Shown here: positions 39,561 to 51,808 of the stretch, in pieces | Layout of the letters: the number at the start of each line of letters is the position of its first letter | Position numbering within the stretch: the stretch's first letter is position 1 | DNA from: Eledone cirrhosa | Lineage: Eukaryota | Direction of reading: 5' to 3' | NCBI GenBank assembly: GCA_964016885.1 | Contig: OZ024745.1 | Span: forward strand, 99,696,001-99,760,000 | Length of the DNA stretch: 64,000 nt | The notes under the pieces: model-generated | The model's input: the letters and a program-made list of their open reading frames with translations, nothing else | Databases searched by the model: none | What the model was told of the DNA's origin: nothing | Translations under genes and position numbers: made by a program

Positions 39561-40060
39561 ACAAGACTGCACTTATATAAACTCTTTCATGAAGTTAATT
39601 TTTGTTTTGTTTTAGAGTCAAGAAAATGAAAGAATTTTATTCTAGTTTGGAATATTTCATATTACTGTTTCTATCGATACAGCCATAATCAAAACCAACT
39701 GGAATGAAAATATTTTAAAAACTATCATATTAACTCTTAATTAATATAAATATATTATATATTTAAAAAAAATAATTATCTATCAGTACTTAATTATTTA
39801 AGTTCCTTAAATAACTATTTTGGCTAATTAAGCATCATTACCATAAAAAGAAAACAAAAAGAAATAAAACATATTTCACTTAAAGGCTCATTTTAGTTAG
39901 GATTGACATTGAACCTTTAACCCTTTTGTGACTAAATTTGAAATGAAAATAAATTGCCCAAGTGTTTCATTTAATTTTGAAAGTAATAATATTTAAACGG
40001 CTTAATAAAATAAACTAACATTTTCATTTATTGGTGTATTAAATTCATATTGAACTCTTT

Positions 40061-40296
40061 TGATACCAAACTGCCTGAAACTGCAACAGTCGATACCAAA
40101 CTGCCTGAAACTACATCTGTTGATACCAAACAGCCTGAAACTACATCTGTTGATACCAAACAGCCTGAAACTACATCTGTTGATACCAAACAGCCTGAAA
40201 CTACATCTGTTGATACCAAACAGCCTGAAACTACATCTGTTGATACCAAACAGCCTGAAACTACATCTGTTGATACCAAACTGCCTGAAACTGAAA
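40061..40296. repeat. 30-bp tandem repeat x~8 amplified from the MITE P2 end
   Basis: TGATACCAAACAGCCTGAAACTACATCTGT; unit matches the P2 terminus and P2 continues to ~40460. Confidence 0.92.
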
Positions 40297-40384
40297 CTGT
40301 TTTAAAGTGCTTATATTTATCTAATAAACCCATCATAATATTATATAAGAACCTTTGTTAAGTTGAATCACCAGTTTAAGAGCA

Positions 40385-40415
40385 AATCCCGAGCAACGCC
40401 GGGCCATTCTGCTAG
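40385..40415 (+). mobile_element. Helitron 3' terminus only
   Basis: CCCGAGCAACGCCGGG-CCATTCTG-CTAG|T, same family as 21010. Confidence 0.8.
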
Positions 40416-42064
40416 TATATTACTAAATCCTTTCAGATACCTGATTATTTTCAAAATGTTTTGAAAATCATAAACTTCTTTCAGCTTTTAAAAAGATTGA
40501 CTTTTTTTTCTACAATTACTTACATAAACATCAGTTATTTTCAAGAGACCATAACTGCCCACAATAGAAATTAATAAGGCTATGTAATATTAATCCTCTG
40601 CTGAGTGAATAACATTTTTATTTGCACTTCTATTCAATAATAATTAAATATTCCCCATATTAATTAAGAGTAGGTCTTTTTTTTTTTTAAGATAGAAATA
40701 TCATCATACTTAACAAAACAATCTTAGAAGAAGAATTTTTCTTGTAAATATTTCTTACAAATAAAAGTTGAAGGTAGAGTACTAATTGTGCTTGTCAGAA
40801 AGCATTTTTACTCATTTATTATCCCATGTCAGTAGATATATGTCTGGTGGGTTGCCAGTCCATAGATAAAGACCATCAACATCTAGTAGTTTAGATGTTT
40901 TTATAGTTCTCCAGCGCTTCTTTATAAACTAATGCTCTAAATCAAAGTTTCAGCTGTCATGTTAAAAGAAAATTTAACTTCAAAGTTTTGCAGAAAAAGG
41001 AAAAAGAAGAAAAAAATCTCCAAAGTAAACAATATTTCAGCTGCAAGAAAATCTAGATCATAGGACCTTATTAGATATCATTTAGTTCTAGTTAAACAGT
41101 GCATTGTTCAACAGAAGTACAAAGTAAGAAATATGAAAAAGTATTTACTATGTCGGGGGTGGGTAAACTATAGCCTGCCAAAGAGTTTTGTGCAGCCCAT
41201 GGAAGCATTTGGCGAATTAATTAAAAAAATGAATAAATAAACAAATTAAAAGAAAACTTTGTTTTAAGATTTTTGTATTTAATCATTTTATTAATTTATG
41301 TATTCTAATGATGCAGTTTATATCTTATATCTTCTAAATTCTAACTGAAGAAAAGTAAGGTTACTGGCACATTATATCCAATATTATCTAGTACTATACT
41401 ATACTGTACTATACTCAATATCTAGTACTATACTATACTGTACTGTACTATATCCAATAATTTTAAATACTTTACAGATACAACTAAAATCAAAAGTTAA
41501 AATTGTTCAGTGTTTATAACGATATGTACATATATGCATATATAAGTGAGGATATCTATATAAACAAGCATGCATGCATATGACAACCTCTTCAATGCTA
41601 GTGTTATAATAAAATGCACTTGGTGTGGGAATGTGAGATGTGGGCCCCTATCTAACAGTAGCAGTATCTCTAATTAAGTACTGATTTGGTCTGTGATGAC
41701 CTGTCCAACCCTTGCTAACACAGAATATGGATGTTAAATGATGCTGATATATATAAATTAAAAAAACTGCTACATGTATTGAATACCTTTTTATTCTGTT
41801 TAAAAACCCAAACATATGTTTGTATGCATGTACATATGTATGGATGTATGTAGATAAATATGTATGCATGTACATATGTATGTATGTAGATAAATATGTA
41901 TGTATGTAGATAAATATGTATGCATGTGCATATGTATGTATGCATACATGTACTTATGTATGCATGCATATATGTATGAGATTCTAAAAAGGCATAGTTT
42001 AAGAATATTAGGTTTATACAAAAATATTAGAAATTATTTTTATATAAATAAATCATTTATTGAT

Positions 42065-43090
42065 ATGGGCTTAAACACTTTAATAGGTGTTTATTTCCAG
42101 GCCACCCTTGATTGAACAGACATATGAACAAAGGTATTTTGGAACGCGGGCCGCCAACAGACCTAATCGTAGAAAAACTGCATGTCTGGACAATATGTAA
42201 AGAAAATAAACCGAATACTCTGATGCAATTAGTATTAGGTATGCTTCTCCTTCCACGTGGAGAAAATCGGCTTGGTGCTTTTGTACTTTAATAAAGTGGC
42301 ATGAGTCAGCAGGACAGATGTCACCACTTATGTCAGAGGGAAGTTTGCAATGCTTGAGCAAGGCATGACGTGCAATCGGACAGCATGTGGAGCCTTCTCG
42401 AAGGAGTCCACCACACCTTAGTAAGTAACGCAACTGGACAAACGTTTACCAAACTGTTTGTATAATTTAACAAATTTAAAAAGGAATGGTGCAATAAAAT
42501 GGGCCCCCGAGGTGTGTGCATGTTCACTGGCAGCCCTAAACAAAAGGGTCGCCATCAGTTATTTCAAGGGCCCTTAAAAGGGCCTTGTAAGCCGTTCAGT
42601 GACACTCCAGTAAGGAAGGGTAACCATCAACAATTTCAAGTGGTGGCCCTAAAAAGGGCCATGTGAACGTTCACTTGTAGTCCTTAATAGTGACTGACTG
42701 CGTTCTGACATTTGGAGGAGGGTGTTACGGTTGCTTCCACTGGTAGCCTTTAGAATCAGAATGCATTCGCGGCCCCTTTAACAGCCATACATTAACGCGC
42801 CAAGTGCGATGCAGACAGCCAGACATACAGACAGATATTTATAAGGGCGCGATGTTATATGTATGTATCTATCTAAAAAGAGAAAGACTAAGAATTATAG
42901 AGAGAGATCGCTAAATCGCCTAATGTGGTCCCGAGGGCATTGAAAATTTGAAATTATATTTGCTCAGAACACTCCCTGAAACCTAAGTATTACATGTGTA
43001 AAGTTTGAAAACAGTCGGTTTGGTGGTTCTCGAGTTTTAAGGATTCGAACTCACACACACACAGACAGACATCCTCAGTTTTATATATAT
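42065..43090 (-). mobile_element. Helitron remnant (5' end plus GC-richer internal sequence)
   Basis: 42830-43090 is homologous to 21660-21870; short GC repeats at 42500-42790; left boundary uncertain. Confidence 0.65.
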
Positions 43091-43092
43091 AA

Positions 43093-43175
43093 ATTACAAT
43101 TATTTCTATATCGATCAGCTCGGGTTTGATCATGCAATTGGATCCCTACTCTTAATCAACACTTCTTCAGATATG
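43093..43175 (-). ncRNA. Hammerhead-like motif, family H1
   Basis: Minus: CATAT-CTGAAGA-aGTGTTGATTA..TGATCGATATa-GAAA-TAATTG-TA; stem I 3' strand missing at the Helitron junction. Confidence 0.5.
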
Positions 43176-45553
43176 AGAGTTTACATGGTCCCACCTAACC
43201 GACATATGTCCCATGCTCGTTTTATATACATGTTATTAGGTTATGGTATGGGGGTGGGAGACGGAAATGAGTAGATGGAGAACAGTAAATTTCAATATCA
43301 CAGAAGTGATGAATTGTAAAGCTGGTCAGTGAGATTGGTATAGAATATATTTTGATGAAAGTATAATTAGCAAAATTGGAAAGAGTGAACAGGGGGGGGG
43401 GGGTTATATATAGAACATGATCTATTTAAAAAAGGTAGTAGCTCTGATTAAATACTGACTTAGTCCATAACATGTTCAACCCATACCAGCATGAAAAACA
43501 GCCATAAAATGATGGTGGGTTACATATGTTACATGTATGTGCACACTTTAATATGTCCATCCAATTTCTCACTTCTTGACAAGGAATAGCATACTCATTA
43601 ATGAATAAGAATGTTCTTTATTCTCATTTTAGCTGTATCTGATGTAAATACTTAGCAGCTGCAGGCATAATAATTTTAAAATCAAGACAGGTGCAGTGCT
43701 TATTCCACAAAGTACATTTGGCTAATGATGAAAGAAAATGTAAGAACACTCACTATTTTTGGCTCCGATAAGGCAAGAGTCTATTGCAGATATATGAAAC
43801 ATTGGCTTATTGCAGATTCAGATACGAACATTACTCTAAAAGAAATCTACTTATCCTGCTGTGATTTATCTCTGTAGCTTCTCAAGCCAAACAAATTGAG
43901 ATTATATTTGCTAAAATTTATTGTAGCTTTCCACCTCAAGTCAAAAACAACCAAATAATCAACCACTACAATAGATTTTTTTTTAATGTGATTTTTAACA
44001 ATTAAATTACTAATTAATAACACAATAGCAGTGAGTTTTATTCAAAATAAATTAGTAGAGTTTAACTAATTGAAAACCATAATCATCTTGTATATAATGT
44101 TCTTCACATATTCAATTTCCATAAGAGGAAAATAATAGATAAATATATTTTTAAAAAAATATAACTACATTTAAAAACAACTTCCTTAAAGCTTACCAGA
44201 ACCATTCAAATAAGAAAATTAAATAAAACAATCAATTTTGCTGAAAGTTTAACTCTATTCAAAGTCAGTTTAATTACTACAAATATAATGTATGACTCCA
44301 CATACAGAAACTCTGATAACCATCTCATTGTACTCATTTTCAAGATCATCTTTGTCTTTGAAAGATATGCACTAAATAGTCTACACAAACATTCCTTTCT
44401 TGAAAATGTCTGGAGTTTTTTTTTTTTTGGTGTGTGTGGGAGTGGGTGAGTATTTGCCCCTACTTAGTTCAGTCTATAAAAATTCTAGGGAAATATTTGT
44501 GCCTACTTCCTTTCATTGGCAAAAACCTTCATATCATATTAGTTTCAAACCTTCCTCTTTTTAACAGTTTCTAACCCCACAGATGAAGAAACTGAGTGTG
44601 GTGCCATTACTAAATCTACAAAAATTGAAGTATAGCCAAATACTTTTCTACATCTTGAAGTTAGTATTATAATGTGGAGTGTAAGTCAATGGATTTTTAA
44701 TTTTAGACACCTTGGTTTCTAAAGTTCTGTTTTTATTACTATTTAGAAAGAAACACTGAAGTTGCAGGTCATTAAATGATAGTATACTAGACTTATGTAA
44801 CTTGAGGAGCCCATTTACACTTTTTTCAGATTATTACTTGCACTTGTCACCATAGACTAGTTTAGTTGTCATCAAAAACACACTACAGTAATCAATTTAA
44901 CTTTGATAAGAACAATATATCTGGTTGCACAATAGTCTTTTCAAATAAATGAGAGCGACAGGCATTGAATGGAATTCATTTTAAGGCAGAATCCTCATCC
45001 CCAATTCAAGAATCAACATAGAAGTCTGAAACAAAATATTACAGAAAAAAATAGGAATCAACACAGAAAATGTTGTTTAGAAATATTTCTAAAGCTAAAT
45101 AAAAAAGAAATGTTATACTGTCAATGTATTTAACAACACCCACAACACCACCAACAGCTGTGTTAGGGAAACAGTGTCAGAATTTCAGTAGATTTACCTA
45201 GAGCTATTAAACACAGTTGGGGGTAGGCCTCTTTAATATTCATCCAAAATTTTTGACAATGAGAAACAGCAGCTAGATAGAAAGACTCATTCTGTGACAT
45301 TGTACATGTGGTAGAACTTGTTTTTTTTTTTTTGCTTTTGAGAATGGGAAGGGGAGAGTACTGTAATCATATCTCATGGCAACTTTACATATGCAACATT
45401 GACAAAACTACACCAGAAAAAATAGTATTCCTCTTCAGATAAGAAAATATCTGCTCTGATCAATTGTTGACCATGTACAAAGATAAAGTGTGATTTAAAT
45501 TGCACACATAACTGGGAAAGTGCCATTGCTATACACCCAAACAGTTTGCATTT

Positions 45554-45782
45554 TTAACCCTTTAGCATTTAAACCAGCCACATCTGGCCAGAATTCTTTC
45601 ACCTTTTTCTGTATAGACTAACTGTAACCAGCCATTCGTATTGATATTAAGGTATTGTTCTCAAAATATATAATATCAAGATCTCATCAATTCGATATTA
45701 TGTGAGATAAGAATATGAGGTAAAGCCTTTACCATGAAAATATAGTAGTATATATAGAGTAATGTAAATGCTAAAGGGTTAA
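45554..45782. mobile_element. MITE P1
   Basis: Perfect TTAA-CCCTTTAGCATTTA / TAAATGCTAAAGGG-TTAA. Confidence 0.92.
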
Positions 45783-48315
45783 ACAATGGCATCTGGTTGA
45801 TTGGCAAACACAAACAAGTTAAAATCATTGTTTAACTATTACATCACTTCTAATCTGCTTCATCTACCCCTATTACAATAGCCTATGATTTTCTAAAGTG
45901 ACAAGCTGCATCCAACACATGTTTCCACTCCTCTCATTATTTCTACTATCGTATCTATCAGATCCCACACAAAACTTCTCTCAATCATTTTGAACTGCTG
46001 AATTTTTATTTGAAGGGTTGCATGTTAGAAAATAGAAGGAAAAAGAGAATAGCAAAACAATTCCACAGAGATATAATTCTCAGGAAGATGAACTGCATAA
46101 AAAGGTTCTTTGCTAAAAGCAAAGAATTTTGAAGGAAAAGATAGTGTGAGTGATGGGAGGATTAAAGTGTTAACCAGGTCAACTCTAATTCAATAGACCT
46201 AAGTAGGTTTTGCTATCAAGTGAGGAGGATCAGAGCTCATTTTAATAATGACAAGATTGACAAGAGAGAATAATTCTTTTTTCTTCTTGGATCTGCAATT
46301 TATAATGTATGTTTGGGAAGAGTACGTACTTTGAAAGTCTATTTGTACTTAAAAAAGAAGAAAAATTGTTCAAAGATAAAATATATTTATAGCCTTAAGC
46401 CAACTCTGATCAAAGACATCCAACCATGACCACACAGTCTTTTTGGTATATTTAAGACGATCCTCTCAAATGTGTCCCTCCTTTCTTTTTCAAATACAGT
46501 GGTATAGTGTGATTTGAGGAAACTTTGACTGCTATTTCTAGTAAGTTATGTTCTTTGTGAGAATGTGTAGTATGAATTGCAAAAAACATTTTGCACCCAT
46601 GATTTTCAACTGCAGTAAATAACCTGTATTCTATTCTGCAGGCTAGCTTGTTTACTCTACACTATAAACAAATGAATCTTTTTAGAGCAGTGACACACAC
46701 ACATTTATATCAAATTAATTTAAATAGCACCCAAGTAACACATACACACATACACACATACACACATACACACATACATACATGCAAGCAAGCAAGCAAG
46801 CAAGCAATGTGGTGTTTAGATAAGTTAGTGATAAATTAAAATTGTCAGCTGATAAGCCTTAATTATTTTCTAGATTTAATTCTCAAACGAACTAATTCAG
46901 AGAAAATTTCAGGTTACTGTTTTATATCTTCTTGTTTACAACACATCAAGTCTATACCCCAAACAATTACTGTATATACTCAAATACAAGCCAACACTCC
47001 TATTTTAGGTCTGAGAAATGGACAAAAATTCAAATTCCATGAGTAAGTCGAGGTAGCCAATCAATATATTGATTGATGACAGTTTTGAAATTCACATGAA
47101 TGGAGAATATGTTTATTAAGTTTTAATATTTTTGGTATCTAAAATATTTTAAGTATCATTTAGAATATAATCTTTATTTTACAACTCAATTATATATTGA
47201 CCTTTTATCAATTTCCGACTGTTTTAAAGACCATATTCATTCAAAAAATGAATCACCTCTAAAGTGAAGCCACTGTAATATTCACCTCCAAAACAAAATC
47301 ATTTTAGCACTTCATTTACGTAGAATTTAAAGTTGGTGAAAAATCAGCAAAATATTGACTTCAGGTATAAGCTGACACCCATTTTATCAGCAATTTATCT
47401 GACACATATTTCTTGACTTATATACCAGTATATATGGTAGTTCTCCATGGTTAAGTCCACTAATCTCTTATAAGGTACTGAGAGAGGTATAAATCCCAGA
47501 TATAAGTAGTGACACCACTGTAGTATTGATAAGAACTATATATATGATAGTAATATCCTATCCAGAGGTAAATTTATATTTGTAAAGGGATATATGAGAT
47601 AAGCTACTTCTCCACAGATTTTTGTGATTCAGAAAAAAGATTAGCGATTGCACTTGATGCTTTTTTAACAAATATAAAGAAGCCTAAGCATTTGACAGAC
47701 TTCCTTTTATGTTAAAGTACTCAGACAGAATTAATTAAGCTTACACCACACCACAATACAATACAATACTGGAAGCTGGGCTAACTAGGATCCCCTATGC
47801 TGTCAAATAGCAACCACATCTCTGTGAAATCATATCTTATCATCTTGAGAGGAAAGGGACATTAGATAATAATATGCAATATCTGAAAAGATGTCTGGAT
47901 GACCATGGATGGAAGGTCTTTGATTATAAGTCTGCCCAGTTGGGCACAGAATTATGACTAAACAAAACTGAAGTGATAATTCTCCTACAATACAAAACTT
48001 AGGTTATACTAGATCACAATACAAAAGTTATATCAATGAAAATGTAGTTTACAAGCCCATCATCATTTTACACATACTTAAAACCTTGTTCCTTCATCTC
48101 ATATTGGATATTACACATCCTTTAAAATTGGAAAAGAAAAAAAAAATACAGCTCACACATATGCAGGTTTAGCTGTCCTGCCAGTCCAGGAATCGAACCC
48201 ACAATCTTATGATCATGAGTCCAACATTAACAATTAGGTCTTGTATACCTTCAGTATTTAGAATTGTTAACATGAATAGATGTGAAAAAAAAATATTTAT
48301 TAGATATAAACTTAC

Positions 48316-48356
48316 TGTAAATACATCATTATAATTATTGCAGAGCTGTCTCTTAC
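48316..48356 (-). other. Candidate 41-nt exon / recursive splice site
   Basis: Minus: long AG-free T-rich tract ..TTTTTTTCTTTCATTTACAG|GTAAGAG..TTTACA|GTAAGT. Confidence 0.5.
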
Positions 48357-49189
48357 CTGTAAATGAAAGAAAAAAATAGATATAAATAAACAAATTTATA
48401 AACAAATAAAATCAGTTATTTAACAAGATGTAATACAGTAGTACATATGAAAGATATTAAGTTATATTTATTTCTTATTTCATATCACTGAATTCAAACA
48501 CTTTCAGCCTATTTATTTATGCACCTTTGCATATCCATGTGAGGGCAACTTTTGTGAAGAGAGGCAAAGCAAGTAGAAATTGTAATATAAGCAGCAAACA
48601 CGTGGGCAGAGAGTTAGAGAAAGTTAAGAAGGCACATGGACAGAAAAACATACGGAATAAGTAACAGACTGTAGTTCGTATATTGGATTTCATAAAATGA
48701 TCCTTTTCTCAAGCATTTATTTTATTTATTTATTTCATTTTATAATCTCATGTTGAGCAATAAATATGTAGTAACAATTTCACATAAGATGAAAGTGTTT
48801 TATTGTGAGAAGTCTGTGTAAAATATTTAAATTCCCCAGCATTTTAAATGAGTAGCCTTTAAAGAGGATTGTTTTTGTTAACATATTTCAAAACAAATAA
48901 ACACTGGACTACTTAGGCATTTTAATAAAGGCATTTTAATGAGTTTTAATCATTTAACCAACTGTAAAATAAGTTAATATATAATGAAAAGTAATACAAG
49001 ATTCTAGTTGTATTTACAATATAGCTGAAGTAAATTACCTCAGAGGAGACACATTCTGTATACTAAATACAAATACAGCAGGATCTCACATATGAATTAG
49101 AGTAAGTTGAAAAGCTGTTTATTCCTTGAGTAATCATGAAGAAACCTGTCAAACCTTCATAACGGTTGTGTTATATCTTTTGAAGACCT

Positions 49190-49510
49190 TTTACATATTA
49201 ATGCATAATAAGACAGATTTAAGAGGGAAGATTAAGAGTGTTGATATATGTACACTGGTGTTGTGGTTTTTTGTTTTATTTATTGGCAGTAGTGAGACTC
49301 TTATATATGTTTATTGTGTATAAACATGTATATACTTTCATATACACAATCAATTTACTTATATTTAATGTGCGTGCACGTTCACACACGCACATTAAAT
49401 ATAAGTAAATAGATACAAAGGCACAACACCAATGCATGTATACAAACATCAACACTATTAATCCTACCTCTTAAATATATCAAGTTATTATGCTTTAAAA
49501 TATAAAGTTT
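49190..49510. repeat. Diverged inverted repeat with internal hairpin (49353-49410)
   Basis: ttaagagggaagattaagagtgttgat..ggtgttgtg vs cacaacacc..atcaacactattaatcctacctcttaa. Confidence 0.7.
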
Positions 49511-49722
49511 ATCTTTCTCCGTGTATATGGTGTATGTATGTGCACACACACATATATATATATAATATATATACATATTATATATAAATATTATATATAC
49601 ATATATTACAATGCTAGTTCGGCTGCCTCTAAATCATTGATTCCTTGTTTTTGTTCCTATTTTCACTTTGCCTTCGTTAACTGTATGATGTTTATACCAT
49701 CTGATGATGTCTCCGATAGTAT

Positions 49723-49776
49723 TGCATCATGGTCTGATGATGTAAGTTAATTGGCCACAGAAATACGTATTGTGCA
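49723..49776 (+). ncRNA. Degenerate hammerhead-like motif
   Basis: CTGATGA-TGT..ACA-GAAA-TACGTA-TT-GTGCA; core duplicated at 49701. Confidence 0.4.
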
Positions 49777-51567
49777 ACAATAAAAGAAGTTATTGGAATC
49801 TGGCCATGACATGTTTTCCATTGAAGCATTTAACTCCATTCCTGTACCACCCACAAGACATCACATCTATGATGGAAGATACACATGACGTTGAGTGCTA
49901 TTTGCTTCTTACACCATGATCTGCTGATCAGAATGACTGGATCCCAAACAAACCCGGCTACCTATTAGTTAAACAATACAACAAAGAATATATATATATA
50001 TATATATATAGTAATAATAAATGTGAAAACTAAAATCCAAAGAGGGCCTAATAAGGATTATATATATATAAAACCTGTAGAGCAAATATTTATTTTATGT
50101 ACATACATTTATACACAGTAACAAATGGTAACTGAATGAATCAACCAATGAATAGGTTGTCACATTCTTTGGCTCGTTCTATCCCCCTGAAGTGCAATAC
50201 CTTAGGTGGCTATTGTCTTATGGCCCTAATTGACTGAATAACTAAAGTGCTACTCTTGAGGATAGCAAGAGAGACATGTTAAAAGAGCCAGTCCAACATT
50301 CAAGGTTTATACACCAGACCCAGACAAGACAAAGCTGCTGAATAAGTAAGCAAAACCTTTTGAAATTCCCTTCCAGCCTCTGTTTGAGAATTTTACCTTT
50401 CTACCAAAACACCACCACTGTATCTGCTATCAACTAAATGTGTGACCTCTGAATGGCTGGTTGCAACTAGATTACTGCAACTCGGCAGATTCATTGAGTG
50501 AGCTAGACATTGGCTGGAGACTTGACTTAATACCATCGATTTTCATTAATTTTATATATATATATATCATCGTTTGACGTCCATCTTCCACGCTATCATG
50601 GGTTAGACAGTTTTGATGATGAGCTAAGGCTGTCACAACGAATGCCCTTGTTTTGATAAGTGGTAATATTGGTGCCACAATATTGTATACCCAGTCCACC
50701 ATGATTATATATATATAAAATGTATATGATATGAAGACCAGGAAGACCACAGATCAGGATAGTACTCAATATGTTTAGATACAGGGTTGGTATGGAAATC
50801 AGTAAAATCCCAACAGAGAGCATACTCTTAAATGGAGTGGGATTTTACTTATTACTCTACATATATAACTCAGAACACTGGAATTTATAATTATACAGCT
50901 TCTGGGAACTAATAGACAAATCTCATATTTATAAAGTAACTTAAAATGAGCAATAAACATTTTCATGTATAGCTGTCAAATTAGTGGAGTGTAGAGATAT
51001 GCCTTAAGATACCTCCTAAACTAGTGCTTCACTGCTGAGTTCAAATCTTAAACCTTCAATATCAGTGAATTACTTAGTTATATCTCCCTTCCCTTAAAGA
51101 AAAGAAACCCAAGCTGTAACAGTAAGTTAGTAAAATGACACAGTACAACAGTCCATTCATCAGTCATAAAGAATCTAAGACAAAAACCTTACAGAGAATT
51201 TTGTAAATTTTTTTTTTTTCTATACATATATATTCAATTAAATTTTATTCTGAAAGATGAAATAGCAGTAAGAGCTACATTTTTCTGGATGGGAACATTT
51301 CACCTCCTGTTGCTTCTACACAGCATGTACATTTGTATATTTAAATAAAACTGTCTGTAACTAAAATTTACATGTTCAAACATATACACATTGCATATTT
51401 AAATATAACTAACTGCCTGTAGCTGTTTAGAATTTACATACTCAAACATATACACATTGCATTTCCTATTGCTCCAATAAGAAGTTTGCTTTCCAATCAC
51501 AAGGCCCTGGGTTCTAACCTAATATCTGTCTTTGTAAATAGTTATTTCTCCAAAATTACTTGTACAT

Positions 51568-51808
51568 TTAACCCTTTAGCATTTACATTACTCTATATAT
51601 ACTATTGTATTTTCATTGTAAAGGCTTTACTTTGCACTCAAAAAAATAGGTTCAATGCTATTATTAATTGTTTCTACTTTTTGGCACAAGGCCAGCAATT
51701 ACCCAGTACATTACTGGTACTTTATTTTATCGACCCCGTAAGGATGAAAGGCAAAGTTAATCTCGGCGGGATTTGAACTCAGACCGTAAAGGGAGTAACT
51801 ATGCTGGA
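51568..51808. mobile_element. MITE P1 fragment followed by SINE A (-, 51665-51808)
   Basis: Family matches. Confidence 0.8.

Noticed and set aside
40028-40361. DTKQPETTSV repeat ORF resembling a mucin
   Set aside because: 30-bp tandem amplification of a MITE end; open in several frames by chance
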